Shown piece by piece: positions 27,877-38,123 of a stretch of DNA of 64,000 nucleotides. Below the pieces are notes generated by a model, which had not been told where the DNA came from, did no database searches, and saw nothing but the letters and a program-made list of their open reading frames with translations. Source of the stretch: Desulfobacterales bacterium (GTDB lineage Bacteria; Desulfobacterota; Desulfobacteria; Desulfobacterales; UBA2245); the NCBI GenBank assembly GCA_040771865.1, contig JAXGZF010000009.1, forward strand, positions 1 through 64,000, written 5' to 3'. The translations under genes and the position numbers were made by a program. Within the stretch, counting starts at the first letter, position 1; each line of letters starts with the position of its first letter.

Positions 27877-29145
27877 GTGTCGAAGAAACATGATTGCGTG
27901 GTTATACTGGATTTCGGGGCGATCAATGCGCAGATGGCGGCAAAAGCTGTGCGGCAGATGAACATCTACTGCGAGGTCCTGCCGTATTCGGCCAAGGTGG
28001 AACGGATTGAGGCTTTGAAGCCGAAGGCGCTGATCTTCCAGCGCGGCGCGGCCTGCGGAGAGCGTACGCTCGGGCACGAGGTTCCGGCGGAGACGGCAAA
28101 GCTCGGCCTTCCCGTGCTGGATTTGCAGGCGACGGCCTGCGACGCCCCCACGTTGAAGGATTTTCTGGTTGATCAATGCGATTTTACGCAGGACTGGACG
28201 ACGGAAGCGTTCATTTCCGAAACCGTGGCGGATCTTCGGGAGCAGATCGGGGACAGAAAGGTGCTGCTGGCCATGTCCGGCGGTATCGATTCCTCGGTGT
28301 GCGCGGCCCTGCTGCACCGGGCGGTCGGGAAACAGCTGACCTGCGTGTTTGTGGATCACGGCTTAATGCGCAAGGACGAGCCGCGGCAGATCGCGGAAGT
28401 ATTCCGCGATCAATACGGCATCAAACTGATCACCATCGATGCTGAGGATCGCTTTTTGGCGAAACTCAAGGGCGTGACGCATCCGGAAGCCAAACGGAAG
28501 ATCATCGGCGAGGAATTTATCCGCGTGTTTGAGGAAGAAGCCCGCAAGCTGGGCGAGCTGGACTATTTTGTTCAGGGCACGATTTATCCGGACATCATCG
28601 AGAGCGGCTGGGAAGGCGGAAAGGCCGTCAAGGCTCACCATAACGTGGGCGGCCTGCCGGACCGAATCGATTTCAAGGGCATCGTGGAACCCGTGAAGTA
28701 TCTGTTCAAGGACGAGGTCCGCCAGGTTGGCCGGGCATTGGGCATTCCACCGGTGATCACGGAGCGGCAGCCCTTCCCCGGTCCCGGCCTGGGCGTGCGG
28801 TGCCTGGGCGAACTCACCCGGGAGAAGCTTCACATCCTGCGCGAGGCCGATGCCGTGTTCCGTGAGGCGATGCATGCCAAGGGGCATGCGGAGCGGGCCG
28901 GACAGTTCTTTGTAGTCCTGACCAATGCGCAGTCCGTCGGCGTGGCGAATGATGAGCGCACCTTTGGGCACGTGATCTGCCTGCGGGCCGTGCAGACCCA
29001 GGATTTCATGACCGCAACAGTCGTTCCGCTGCCCGCGGAGTTCCTGATCGAGGTCGCCGGAGAGATTGCCGCCGGAGTCAAAGGCGTGAACCGCGTGGTA
29101 TACGACATCACGAACAAGCCCCCGGCCACGATCGAATGGGAATAA
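27877..29145 (+). CDS. guaA: GMP synthase homologue with shortened, degenerate glutaminase domain
   Basis: SGGIDSSV, VDHGLMRK, KRKIIGEEF, QGTIYPD, HHNVGG, RQPFPGPGLG, KPPATIEWE. GTG start after GGAGGA. Confidence 0.88.
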   Translation: MSKKHDCVVILDFGAINAQMAAKAVRQMNIYCEVLPYSAKVERIEALKPKALIFQRGAACGERTLGHEVPAETAKLGLPVLDLQATACDAPTLKDFLVDQCDFTQDWTTEAFISETVADLREQIGDRKVLLAMSGGIDSSVCAALLHRAVGKQLTCVFVDHGLMRKDEPRQIAEVFRDQYGIKLITIDAEDRFLAKLKGVTHPEAKRKIIGEEFIRVFEEEARKLGELDYFVQGTIYPDIIESGWEGGKAVKAHHNVGGLPDRIDFKGIVEPVKYLFKDEVRQVGRALGIPPVITERQPFPGPGLGVRCLGELTREKLHILREADAVFREAMHAKGHAERAGQFFVVLTNAQSVGVANDERTFGHVICLRAVQTQDFMTATVVPLPAEFLIEVAGEIAAGVKGVNRVVYDITNKPPATIEWE

Positions 29146-29205
29146 GGGGCCTGAAACCGAATGCCGTGATGCCGGAAGTTCAATCTTCAGGAAGGGAGTT
29201 CAGTC

Positions 29206-29547
29206 ATGAAGCAGTTGATCATTCTCGTTGTCATGGTTATTGCCGGCTATTTTGCCTATCAGCATTTTTCAACCCCGCCGCAGCAGGAAGCCGCTAGGGA
29301 GGAAGAGGCATCGATCGGCAGCGGATCACTCTCCACCGAGCCGGCACCGCCCATACCCGAACATTGTGCGGAGTCGGCCAAAAATCTGGAAAGCGCCATG
29401 TACGGGGCCTCCTTTGGTCAGGTTTCCCAGGCCCAGCGCAACATGGCCTATCGCAAGCTTCTGTCCTGTCTGCGAGAAGCCGGTTTTTCGGACTCCCAGA
29501 TAAACGGCATCGTTGCTGAAATGGAGAAACGCGCAAAGGAACCTTAA
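29206..29547 (+). CDS. Hypothetical membrane-anchored protein
   Basis: N-terminal hydrophobic helix, GGGAG RBS, two Cys. Confidence 0.65.
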   Translation: MKQLIILVVMVIAGYFAYQHFSTPPQQEAAREEEASIGSGSLSTEPAPPIPEHCAESAKNLESAMYGASFGQVSQAQRNMAYRKLLSCLREAGFSDSQINGIVAEMEKRAKEP

Positions 29548-29714
29548 TCAGGTCGTCCGTTCCCGTGAACCAGGGAGATTCACCCTTGCCTTCGAACCGC
29601 ATTTATGATTCTGTGAGCTCGTTAACACCCGAGTTCAGATACCTGAAGCCGTCTTAAGCCTTGGACGGCTGTGCTTGGAAAGGATCGGAACCGACGCCGG
29701 CCAAGGAGACAGCA

Positions 29715-30602
29715 ATGACCGAAACGGATTTTCACGGAGTTTTTCCCTACCTGGTATCCCCGATCCGTGCGACCGGAGAGGTCGATGCAAAAGTCCTTGC
29801 CCGGCTGTCCGACGATCTCGTCAAGGCCGGCGTTCATGGGCTGACCCCGCTCGGATCCACGGGAGAGTTCGCCTATCTCACATGGGCCCAGCGGCGGCGG
29901 GTCGTCGAGGTGGTTGTCGAGGCTGCGGACGGCCGGGTTCCGGTTGTGGCGGGAGTCGGTTCGACCACGATTGCCGACGCCGCATTCCAGGCGCGCGAGT
30001 TCGAACGAATAGGCTGCAGCGGCATTCTCGCAATTCTGGAGGCGTACTTTCCGGTTCCGGATGAAGGCGTGTTCGCCTACTTCAAGGCGATCGCCGAGGC
30101 GGTGTCCCTTCCCGTGGTGCTCTACACCAATCCGAATTTTCAGCGTTCGGACCTGAGCCTTTCCGTCATCGAGCGCCTGAGCCGCATACCCAATATCCGC
30201 TACATCAAGGACGCATCATCCAATACCGGCCGGCTGCTCTCGATCCTCAACCGGGTCGAAGGTCGGATTCAGGTCTTTGCGGCCTCGACGCACATTCCGG
30301 TCTGCGTGATGATGATCGGCGGCGTCGGATGGATGGCCGGGCCCGCCTGCGTTGCGCCCCGGCAAAGCGTCGAGCTGTACGAGCTCTGCCGGCGCGGCGA
30401 CTGGGCGACGGCAATGGACCGGCAACGGCTGCTGTGGAATCTGAACCAGGCCTTTTCCCGATACAACCTCGCTGCCTGCATCAAGGGAGCGCTGCAGCTT
30501 CAAGGGTATGCGGTCGGCGATCCCCTGCCCCCGCAGGCGCCCCTGCCGCCCGAAGGCGTCGAGGAGGTGCGGCGCGCGCTTGTCGCGATCAAGGCGCTGT
30601 AG
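29715..30602 (+). CDS. Dihydrodipicolinate synthase (DapA)-family aldolase
   Basis: LGSTGEF, PVVAGVG, LYTNP, YIKDAS (Schiff-base Lys); AAGGAG RBS. Confidence 0.9.
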   Translation: MTETDFHGVFPYLVSPIRATGEVDAKVLARLSDDLVKAGVHGLTPLGSTGEFAYLTWAQRRRVVEVVVEAADGRVPVVAGVGSTTIADAAFQAREFERIGCSGILAILEAYFPVPDEGVFAYFKAIAEAVSLPVVLYTNPNFQRSDLSLSVIERLSRIPNIRYIKDASSNTGRLLSILNRVEGRIQVFAASTHIPVCVMMIGGVGWMAGPACVAPRQSVELYELCRRGDWATAMDRQRLLWNLNQAFSRYNLAACIKGALQLQGYAVGDPLPPQAPLPPEGVEEVRRALVAIKAL

Positions 30603-30712
30603 CCGGATTTCACTGCGAACCCGATCACACGGAACGGATTTGCAACGAGGTTTTGATGGAAATAGAGATCCGATGCGACTGCTCGGGAAATGAACCGGGA
30701 GGAAGTGGAATC

Positions 30713-31204
30713 ATGAAGATAAATCCGGATTTGGTTGCGCCCTGCGGTCTGTATTGCGGAGTCTGCGCCATCTACATGGCGCACCGGGATAACAACCAGA
30801 AACTCAAGGAGCGGCTGGTCAATCTGTACAAAGGCGGGGTTCCCGGAAAAGGCACTCTGCCCAACAGCGAAAATCTTTCAACAGAAGACATTCAATGCCG
30901 CGGCTGTTTGTCTGATCGGCGTTTTATGCATTGCCGGCAGTGCGAAATCAGGAAATGCGCACAGGAGAAGGGTTTTGCCGGATGCCATCAATGCGCTGAA
31001 TTTCCCTGTCAATACATTGAAGATTTTCCAATGGCGGTCGGCAAAAAGATCATATTGCGGGCTGTTCCATACCGGCGAAAAGTCGGTACTGAAAAGTGGA
31101 TTCAGGATGAAGAGGCCCGCTATGTGTGTCCTGAATGCGGCAACAGAGTTTTCAGGGGCGCCGTGCAGTGCAACCGGTGCAAGATGAAACTGAATCTGGA
31201 CTGA
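30713..31204 (+). CDS. DUF3795-family Cys-rich protein
   Basis: APCGLYCGVC, CRGC, CRQCEIRKC, CHQCAEFPC and a C-terminal CPECG...CNRC. Confidence 0.82.
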   Translation: MKINPDLVAPCGLYCGVCAIYMAHRDNNQKLKERLVNLYKGGVPGKGTLPNSENLSTEDIQCRGCLSDRRFMHCRQCEIRKCAQEKGFAGCHQCAEFPCQYIEDFPMAVGKKIILRAVPYRRKVGTEKWIQDEEARYVCPECGNRVFRGAVQCNRCKMKLNLD

Positions 31205-31313
31205 TTCTATCTGAACAATAAGGGCCGTTTCAATATCGGCCATACGGGAAAACGCATCGGCGCGCTGCCCGGCTTCCCGTAAAACATGAAATTCAGAAAC
31301 AGAGGAGAAAACC

Positions 31314-31658
31314 ATGGTGATAAAAAAACTCAGCGATATTCCCTTTGCTGGCGTGCAGGGGTATGATCATGTCAGAAAGCAGATCGTCATCGGCCCGGAA
31401 GACGGATCGCAGGAGATCGTCCTGCGGTATTTCAGCATCGAATCCGGCGGAATGAGTCCCCATCACGCCCACGAATTTCCTCACCTGGTCAAAATCGAAT
31501 CCGGCAGGGGCGCCGTGATGGATGCTTCGGGCAAAGAACATTTGCTGCAACCAGGCGATTATATTTATGTCGATCACAACGAGGCCCATCGCTTTCGAAA
31601 TACGGGAACGGAACCTTTTGATTTCATCTGTATCGTTCCGAAAAGAGGAGAAAGTTGA
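31314..31658 (+). CDS. Cupin domain protein
   Basis: SPHHAHEFPH, PGDYIYV...HRFRN, FICIVP. Confidence 0.85.
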   Translation: MVIKKLSDIPFAGVQGYDHVRKQIVIGPEDGSQEIVLRYFSIESGGMSPHHAHEFPHLVKIESGRGAVMDASGKEHLLQPGDYIYVDHNEAHRFRNTGTEPFDFICIVPKRGES

Positions 31659-31706
31659 TGCCCCGCATTACCTGAAAGCGCGCGTTCGAAAATTTTATAG
31701 GACGTA

Positions 31707-31851
31707 ACAGGGTGTTGAAAAACAAGGATCAGGCAGTCAGGCAAGGCGCGCGGCGATACGACAAGCGCAGCATATTCAAGCATATGTGAGCATTGGCGAG
31801 AGCCGTGCAACGCTGAATGGCGGCCTTAGACGCAGTTTTTCAACAGCCTGG
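31707..31851. mobile_element. MITE-like repeat, copy 1
   Basis: Ends CAGGGTGTTGAAAAA ... TTTTTCAACAGCCTG flanked by TA; homologous to 50655-50800. Confidence 0.85.
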
Positions 31852-31984
31852 TACGGCATTTCGTGCAACAACCCGATGGTCAGCATGAGCTTGACATAAC
31901 CTTCGGTTACGGGGAAAATGTCAAATAAAGCGCTATCCGTAAATTGAGCCCAACCCTGGACAAATATGAGATGAGGAGGAAGTT

Positions 31985-32677
31985 ATGAAACAGATCATCG
32001 GTTCAGCAACGGTCTTGTTTTTAGCGGCTTTAATTTCATTAACCCCGTTCAATGCCGCGATGGCTTCAGAAACCGGTCCGCTTTATGTCGGCATCACAGG
32101 GGGTTATACCCTTGGTTCGGATTTGGAGTATACTGAGTCTTATTACCCATCATACGACCTTGACATTCAGAATACCTGGGCGCTCGGAGCCAAAATCGGT
32201 TATACGATGCCTTTCGCCCGGGCCATAGCTTTGGAATTTGAATACCTGTATTTGGGTCCGGATGTGGATCAGACCGCTCTGACCTCAGCGGGGGATGATT
32301 TTTATGCAATGGAGGGTGATCTGGATGTTCATAATTTCATGTTTAATTTTATTGCCAAATACCCTGAGGGAAGGTTTCACCCGTTTCTGGGGTTTGGTTT
32401 AGGTTTCTCCCAGGTTGACTTTTCATGCAGAGGAACAGAGCGGTTTGAAGGGAAAATGTATACTTATTCGATAAGTTATGATGATACGGCTTTTGCGTGG
32501 CAGATATTGGCCGGGGTAAATTTTGAAATCAACCGGAACCTGTCGGTGGATCTTGCCTATCGGTTTTTTATGACAGACACAGATGATGATTATGAAGATT
32601 ATTATTATCATTATTATGGAACTGAACTTGAAATCCAATCGAGCATTGTAACTGTGGGTCTGAATTTTCACTTTTAA
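31985..32677 (+). CDS. Outer membrane beta-barrel protein (OmpA-TM/opacity-like)
   Basis: Signal peptide, HPFLGFGLG, FAWQILAGVNF, VDLAYRF, C-terminal GLNFHF. Confidence 0.85.
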   Translation: MKQIIGSATVLFLAALISLTPFNAAMASETGPLYVGITGGYTLGSDLEYTESYYPSYDLDIQNTWALGAKIGYTMPFARAIALEFEYLYLGPDVDQTALTSAGDDFYAMEGDLDVHNFMFNFIAKYPEGRFHPFLGFGLGFSQVDFSCRGTERFEGKMYTYSISYDDTAFAWQILAGVNFEINRNLSVDLAYRFFMTDTDDDYEDYYYHYYGTELEIQSSIVTVGLNFHF

Positions 32678-32697
32678 GAAATCGCATAGATGTTTTT

Positions 32698-32730
32698 AAA
32701 AGGCGGGGTTCAATCGACTCCGCCTTTTTT
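32698..32730 (+). terminator. Intrinsic terminator
   Basis: AAAAGGCGGGG-ttcaatcga-CTCCGCCTTTTTT downstream of the OMP gene. Confidence 0.8.
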
Positions 32731-32945
32731 ATTGTTTTCTTTCGGTGATCATTCACTTCAAGATCCTTTCGCCAGTGAAGACAGTCAGTCTTTTCGGCAA
32801 ACGCTTCTTCCTGAAGCAAGCACAGACCGAGTGACGTGATGTTTGCTGAATCATCCCGGTGAACATTGATAAAAACGATTGCTTCACCACTGAAAGGCTG
32901 TTAATCTTAGCGAAAAAATTGCATTCTCAACAGGGGGACCTGCCG

Positions 32946-34139
32946 ATGCAAAAGCTTCACCATAGAGGCCGTTCATGGCATATTCGTTTCCTTATCACCG
33001 GCATGATCGCTGCTTTCTTATTCCTCTGTCTGTCATGCGGCAGCGAGAAAAAGGCATCGACAACTCCTCCGCCCGCAGTAACCGTGATGGAGGTCGTTCG
33101 GAAGGATGTGCCCGTTGTCTTTGAATACGTCGCCCAGACCCAGAGCTCACACCTCGTAAACATACAGGCCCGTGTAACCGGCTTCCTGGACAAGTGCCTG
33201 TACACGGAGGGTTCCGTGGTAAAGGAGGGGCAGGTCCTTTTTCAGATGGATGCCAAACCGTTTCAGGTCCAGCTTTCCCAGGCAAAGGCCACTCTGGCGA
33301 GGCAGGAGGCCGCGTTCGAAACGGCCCGTCTCAGCCTGGAGCGAACCAAACCGCTGACCGAGCAGGATGCGCTTTCGCAGAAGGACCTTGACGACGCCAC
33401 GGGCCAGTATCAGTCGGCAGCAGCAGCCGTGGAGGAGGCGAAGGCAAAGGTCGAAACAGCGCGTTTGAATCTGTCCTACACAACCATCACTTCTCCCATT
33501 ACCGGTATCACCAGTTCGGCCCGTCAAACAGAAGGCACCTATATCAGCCCCCAGAACAGCCTGCTCACAACCGTCTCGGCACTCTCTCCGATATGGGTGA
33601 ACTTCAGTCTGTCTGAAAACGAGATGCAGCAGTACCGCGACCATGTTTCCAGAGGCATGCTTCGCATTCCGGAGGCTGAACGGTTCATCGTCGAGGTCGT
33701 GCTGGTGGACGGATCGATTCATCCGCACACCGGGCGCATGACGTTTGCCGAGCCTTCTTACAATCCGCAGACCGGCACTTTCGCGATCCGCGCCAGCGTT
33801 GACAATCCGGGCGGAGTCCTGCGTCCGAACCAGTACGTCCGGGTTCGTTTAAAAGGCGCTGTCCGTCCCGATACGATCCTGATTCCGCAAAAGGCGGTGC
33901 AGCAGGGTTCCAAAAGCCATTTTGTCTGGGTCGTGGACGGAGAGAGCAAGGCGGAACAGCGTCCCGTCGCCGTTGGAGAATGGCATGGAGAGGACTGGTT
34001 CATCCTGGAAGGACTGAGAAGCGGCGAACGGGTGGTGATAGACGGCGGTCTCATGCTCCGCCCCGGCATGACGGTGTCGGTGAAGTCCGATGATTCCGGG
34101 CATGGATCGGGATTTCCGGCGGGTTCCGAAAAAAAGTAA
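32946..34139 (+). CDS. RND efflux periplasmic adaptor subunit
   Basis: IQARVTGFL, EGSVVKEGQVLFQMD, YTTITSPITG, LRPNQYVRV, GLRSGERVVIDG. Start codon uncertain. Confidence 0.9.
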   Translation: MQKLHHRGRSWHIRFLITGMIAAFLFLCLSCGSEKKASTTPPPAVTVMEVVRKDVPVVFEYVAQTQSSHLVNIQARVTGFLDKCLYTEGSVVKEGQVLFQMDAKPFQVQLSQAKATLARQEAAFETARLSLERTKPLTEQDALSQKDLDDATGQYQSAAAAVEEAKAKVETARLNLSYTTITSPITGITSSARQTEGTYISPQNSLLTTVSALSPIWVNFSLSENEMQQYRDHVSRGMLRIPEAERFIVEVVLVDGSIHPHTGRMTFAEPSYNPQTGTFAIRASVDNPGGVLRPNQYVRVRLKGAVRPDTILIPQKAVQQGSKSHFVWVVDGESKAEQRPVAVGEWHGEDWFILEGLRSGERVVIDGGLMLRPGMTVSVKSDDSGHGSGFPAGSEKK

Positions 34140-34172
34140 CGATTGAAAGCCTGTCAAGGAGAGACATAACGC

Positions 34173-37100
34173 ATGTTCTCCAGATTCTTCATTGAGCGGC
34201 CGATCTTTGCCGCGGTCATCTCGATTATCATCTGCCTTGCCGGTCTGGTGGCGATGATGTCCCTTTCAGTCGAGCAATATCCAACCATAACGCCGGTTCA
34301 AGTCACCGTATCGGCAACTTATCCGGGCGCGGATTCCCAGACCCTTGCCGATTCCGTTGCGGCGCCGATCGAGGCGCAGATCAACGGTGTGGACAACATG
34401 CTTTACATGTCTTCAACGAGTTCCTCAAACGGGCAACTGCAGCTCACCGTATATTTTGACCTGAATACGGACCCGGACATCGCGCAGGTCCAGGTTCAGA
34501 ACCGGGTCACCCTCGCACAGCCCCAGCTGCCGGATGCCGTTTTGCAGCAGGGGGTTTCGGTTCAGAAAAAAGCCTCGACCATCATGATGCTGATCGGCGT
34601 CTTTTCCCAGGATGAGCGTTACAGTAGCGAATACATCGCAAATTACGCCAACGTCTATGTCCTTGACGCCATCAAGCGCGTGCCGGGAGCAGGACAGGCG
34701 CAGATCATGGGCATTCCGGACCAGGCGATACGCATCTGGATGAATCCGGATCGAATGGCCTCGATGGGGATCACCACCACCGACATACAGCAGGCGGTCG
34801 CCAGCCAGAACGCCCTGTACGGCGCAGGACAGATCGGGCAGCAGCCCACACAGAGGCCTGTCCAGTTGACATTCCCGGTAGTCACGCAGAGGCCCTTCAC
34901 CCGGCCGGAACAGTACGATAACATCATTCTCCGTGCAAATCGGGACGGAAGCGGAATCGTACACCTGAAGGATGTTGCCCGCGCCGAGGTCGGCTTAAGG
35001 CAGTACATTGTTGACAGCAGGTTGAACGGCACGCCGGCAACCTTTATCGCCGTTTACCAGCAACCCGGAGCAAACGGGCTTGAGGTGTCGGAAGCGGTCC
35101 GCAAGACCCTTGAAGAGATGAAATCGCGCTTCCCCAGCGGGCTCGACTACCTGATCTCCCTGGATACCAACGATTTTGTCCGCCTGTCGATTGAAGAGGT
35201 GATTCACACCCTGTTCGAGGCTATTCTGCTGGTGGTGTTCATCGTATATCTCTTTCTTCAGAGCTTCCGCACCACCGTCATCTGCGCGGTGGCCATCGTG
35301 GTGGCCCTGGTCAGCACCTTTACCGGCATGTTCGCTTTGGGGTTTTCCATCAATCTGCTTACCCTCTTCGGCCTGGTGCTCGCCATCGGAATGGTTGTGG
35401 ATGATGCCATTGTGGTGGTTGAAAATGTCGAGCGCAACATGGCGAGGTTCCATCTGCCTCCAAAGGAGGCGACCATTCGGGCCATGGACGAGATAGCCAG
35501 TTCGCTGGTGGCCGTTGTGCTGGTGATGGCGTCCGTTTTTATTCCCGCCGCATTTCTGCCCGGCGCCACCGGCCAGCTTTACAAGCAGTTTGCCATCACC
35601 ATCGTCATATCGGTCGCGGTGTCCGGATTTGTAGCGCTCACGCTGACCCCGGCCATGTGCGGGGTGATGCTGAAGCACATCACGCCTCCAACACGGGGCT
35701 TCTTCGCCTGGTTCAACCGCGGAGTAGATGCGATCACCCGTGGTTTCGGACATGCCGTCGTGTTTGTGATCAAAAGGGTCGTAATTGCCTTTGCCGTTCT
35801 GGCGGTACTGATTTATTTCATGGTGCATCTTTTTAAAACCATACCCGGCAGCTTCGTGCCAAACGAGGACCAGGGATATGTCATGGCGGCGATCATCATG
35901 CCGGACGCCGCGAGCCTTGACCGGACAGTAGCCGTTGCCGAACGCCTGGAAACCATCTTCAGGGAAATCCCCGGCGTTGAAAACCGCACCCAGATCACCG
36001 GTTACAGCCTGATCGACAGCGGCTTCAAAACCAATTCCGGAACCTTCTTCGTAACCCTGAAGCCTTTTGAAGAGAGGTATGCCTCGGCAAAACAAGCGCG
36101 GGCCGAGAACGCGCGCGCCGTGCTGACCGGCATGAATCAGGAGGCGAGGAACATTCAGGAGGGCGTCGTCATTCCCGTGCCGCCGCCGGCGATTCCAGGA
36201 ATCGGTACGACAGGCGGTTTTGAATTCTGGATTCAGGATACCGGATCCGGCGATGGGGCGAAACTGGATGATTTGACGCAACAGTTCCTCAGCAAGGCGC
36301 GCCAGCGCCCGGAGCTTTCCGGATTAAACACGACGTTCCGCGCCAGCACGCAGCAATTGAACGTTGACGTGGATCGTGACAAGGCGAACCTCATCGGCGT
36401 TTCCGTCAAGGACGTCTACAGCACCATTCAGGCGCAATTCGGATCTCTGTCCGTAAGCCAGTACAACGAGTTCAGCAGGGTCTGGCAGGTGATTCTCCAG
36501 TCAGAGCCGCAATACCGCAGCAATCCGCAAGATCTGGCGCGCCTGTATGCCAGATCGAGTCAGGGCGAGATGGTGCCGCTGGCGGCGCTGGTCACCACAA
36601 GATGGGTCACCGGTCCGGACCTGCTGCCGCATTTCAACGGGTTTCCGGCCGCAAAGGTGAACGGCAACGCCGCACCGGGGTACAGTTCGGGTCAGGCCAT
36701 TGCCGCAATGGAAGAGATCGCGCAGGAGATACTGCCGCGGGGGTACACCTTCGCCTGGTCGGGGCTTGCCTTCGAAGAAAAGAAGTCCGGCGGCACATCG
36801 GCGATCGCCTTTTTGTTCGGCCTGATCATCGTCTTTCTCGTTCTTGCCGCACAGTATGAGTCATGGACCCTGCCGGGCACCGTGATGATGGCGGTGCCTT
36901 TCGGCGTGCTGGGCGCCCTGACCGCAAACTGGCTTCGAGGTCTTCAGAATGACGTCTATTTTCAGATCGGACTTCTGGTGCTGATCGGCCTGGGGGCAAA
37001 AAATGCGATTCTGAGAGTATCGTTTGCCGTCGAACTGCGCAAGCAGGGCAAATCCATCATGGATGCCACCATAGAGGCGGGCGAGCAGAGACTGAGGCCG

Positions 37101-37391
37101 ATTATCATGACCTCGCTCGCCTTCGCCTTCGGCGTCCTGCCCCTGGCAATCGCCATGGGCGCAGGCGCCAACGCCCGACATTCCATCGGCACCGGCATCA
37201 TCGGCGGCATGATCGGAGAAACGACCCTGGCCATGCTCTATGTGCCGTTGCTGTTCTACCTGTTTGATCGGCTGGGCGAACGCTCCAGGGCGAAGCAGGA
37301 TGCCGCACAGATCGAAAAGGAGACTCAGACCGCGGGAAACGTGCCTGAATCTCCGTCCTGCAAGAATACGGAGGGCGTTCCGCCGTCTTGA
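34173..37391 (+). CDS. HAE1-family RND efflux permease
   Basis: MFSRFFIERPIFA, GMVVDDAIVVVENVER, AKNAIL, RLRPIIMTS. Confidence 0.95.
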   Translation: MFSRFFIERPIFAAVISIIICLAGLVAMMSLSVEQYPTITPVQVTVSATYPGADSQTLADSVAAPIEAQINGVDNMLYMSSTSSSNGQLQLTVYFDLNTDPDIAQVQVQNRVTLAQPQLPDAVLQQGVSVQKKASTIMMLIGVFSQDERYSSEYIANYANVYVLDAIKRVPGAGQAQIMGIPDQAIRIWMNPDRMASMGITTTDIQQAVASQNALYGAGQIGQQPTQRPVQLTFPVVTQRPFTRPEQYDNIILRANRDGSGIVHLKDVARAEVGLRQYIVDSRLNGTPATFIAVYQQPGANGLEVSEAVRKTLEEMKSRFPSGLDYLISLDTNDFVRLSIEEVIHTLFEAILLVVFIVYLFLQSFRTTVICAVAIVVALVSTFTGMFALGFSINLLTLFGLVLAIGMVVDDAIVVVENVERNMARFHLPPKEATIRAMDEIASSLVAVVLVMASVFIPAAFLPGATGQLYKQFAITIVISVAVSGFVALTLTPAMCGVMLKHITPPTRGFFAWFNRGVDAITRGFGHAVVFVIKRVVIAFAVLAVLIYFMVHLFKTIPGSFVPNEDQGYVMAAIIMPDAASLDRTVAVAERLETIFREIPGVENRTQITGYSLIDSGFKTNSGTFFVTLKPFEERYASAKQARAENARAVLTGMNQEARNIQEGVVIPVPPPAIPGIGTTGGFEFWIQDTGSGDGAKLDDLTQQFLSKARQRPELSGLNTTFRASTQQLNVDVDRDKANLIGVSVKDVYSTIQAQFGSLSVSQYNEFSRVWQVILQSEPQYRSNPQDLARLYARSSQGEMVPLAALVTTRWVTGPDLLPHFNGFPAAKVNGNAAPGYSSGQAIAAMEEIAQEILPRGYTFAWSGLAFEEKKSGGTSAIAFLFGLIIVFLVLAAQYESWTLPGTVMMAVPFGVLGALTANWLRGLQNDVYFQIGLLVLIGLGAKNAILRVSFAVELRKQGKSIMDATIEAGEQRLRPIIMTSLAFAFGVLPLAIAMGAGANARHSIGTGIIGGMIGETTLAMLYVPLLFYLFDRLGERSRAKQDAAQIEKETQTAGNVPESPSCKNTEGVPPS

Positions 37392-37412
37392 TATTGCCTT
37401 CCGTGGTGGAAA

Positions 37413-38078
37413 TTATCTGGCCGCCACAAGATCATCCATGAATTGCCGCAGTCTTTGTCCCCAGTATTTAAAGGCCTCTTCGGCGGAGCCCCATTTGCTG
37501 AACCGCTCGGTAAAACCCGCATGATACTCGGCCTCCGCAACGGCGATCACCTCATGGGTCGCGGAGTCGAGGACCATCAGCTGGCTGGTTGTCGCCCCCG
37601 AGCCGCTCCATGACTCGGTGGCGCCTCTTTTCACGAGACTGATGCCCAGTCCGATCGGAATGACGGATGTTACGGCGCTCAAGCCGGGACGGCTCTGCTT
37701 CAGATCCACAATGGCGAACCGAAACCTCACCACGTCGGGACCAGGGTCGGCCACTATTGCGTATTTGTCTTTCAGTGCATCGACAATGGCCTGGGTGCAG
37801 GCATCTCCGAGTTTCTTCATCTCATCGCCGTTGATGCCCTTGTATTGAGAATCATCGGCCAGGGCGAAGACCACGTAATCCACCATCACTTTTTTGTATT
37901 TACGGAAATCAACCCCCGGCTTCAGCCAGCGCATCCTGGCTCCTCCAGGCGGCCCGGGCTCCATTTTTCGGGCATACTCTCCAAGAAAGTCCGCCTTCTG
38001 CGGCGCCGGTGCCGGCCCAGTGGTTGTACAACCTGCCAGGAACACCATTCCGACCAGCAATACCCAAGCTTTTTTCAT
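37413..38078 (-). CDS. DUF3313-like lipoprotein
   Basis: Lipobox LAGC, DFLGEY, PGPDVVRFRFAIVD. Confidence 0.75.
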   Translation of the reverse strand: MKKAWVLLVGMVFLAGCTTTGPAPAPQKADFLGEYARKMEPGPPGGARMRWLKPGVDFRKYKKVMVDYVVFALADDSQYKGINGDEMKKLGDACTQAIVDALKDKYAIVADPGPDVVRFRFAIVDLKQSRPGLSAVTSVIPIGLGISLVKRGATESWSGSGATTSQLMVLDSATHEVIAVAEAEYHAGFTERFSKWGSAEEAFKYWGQRLRQFMDDLVAAR

Positions 38079-38123
38079 TTTTTCCGCCTCCTTTACGGTT
38101 GTGACAGAACTCTGTAAAACCCC

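Noticed and set aside
29594..29680. Two hairpins upstream of the dapA-like gene as a lysine riboswitch
   Set aside because: Too short and lacks recognisable lysine-riboswitch consensus.
30329..30712. N-terminal extension of the DUF3795 ORF
   Set aside because: It overlaps the dapA-like gene; an RBS and the family start lie at 30713.
32580..32620. GAT/TAT-rich low-complexity run in the OMP gene
   Set aside because: It encodes an in-frame Asp/Tyr-rich loop and is not a clean slippage tract.
32793..32850. GGCAAAC-containing stem upstream of the efflux operon as a c-di-GMP-I riboswitch
   Set aside because: The GNRA tetraloop and second-stem consensus are not identifiable.
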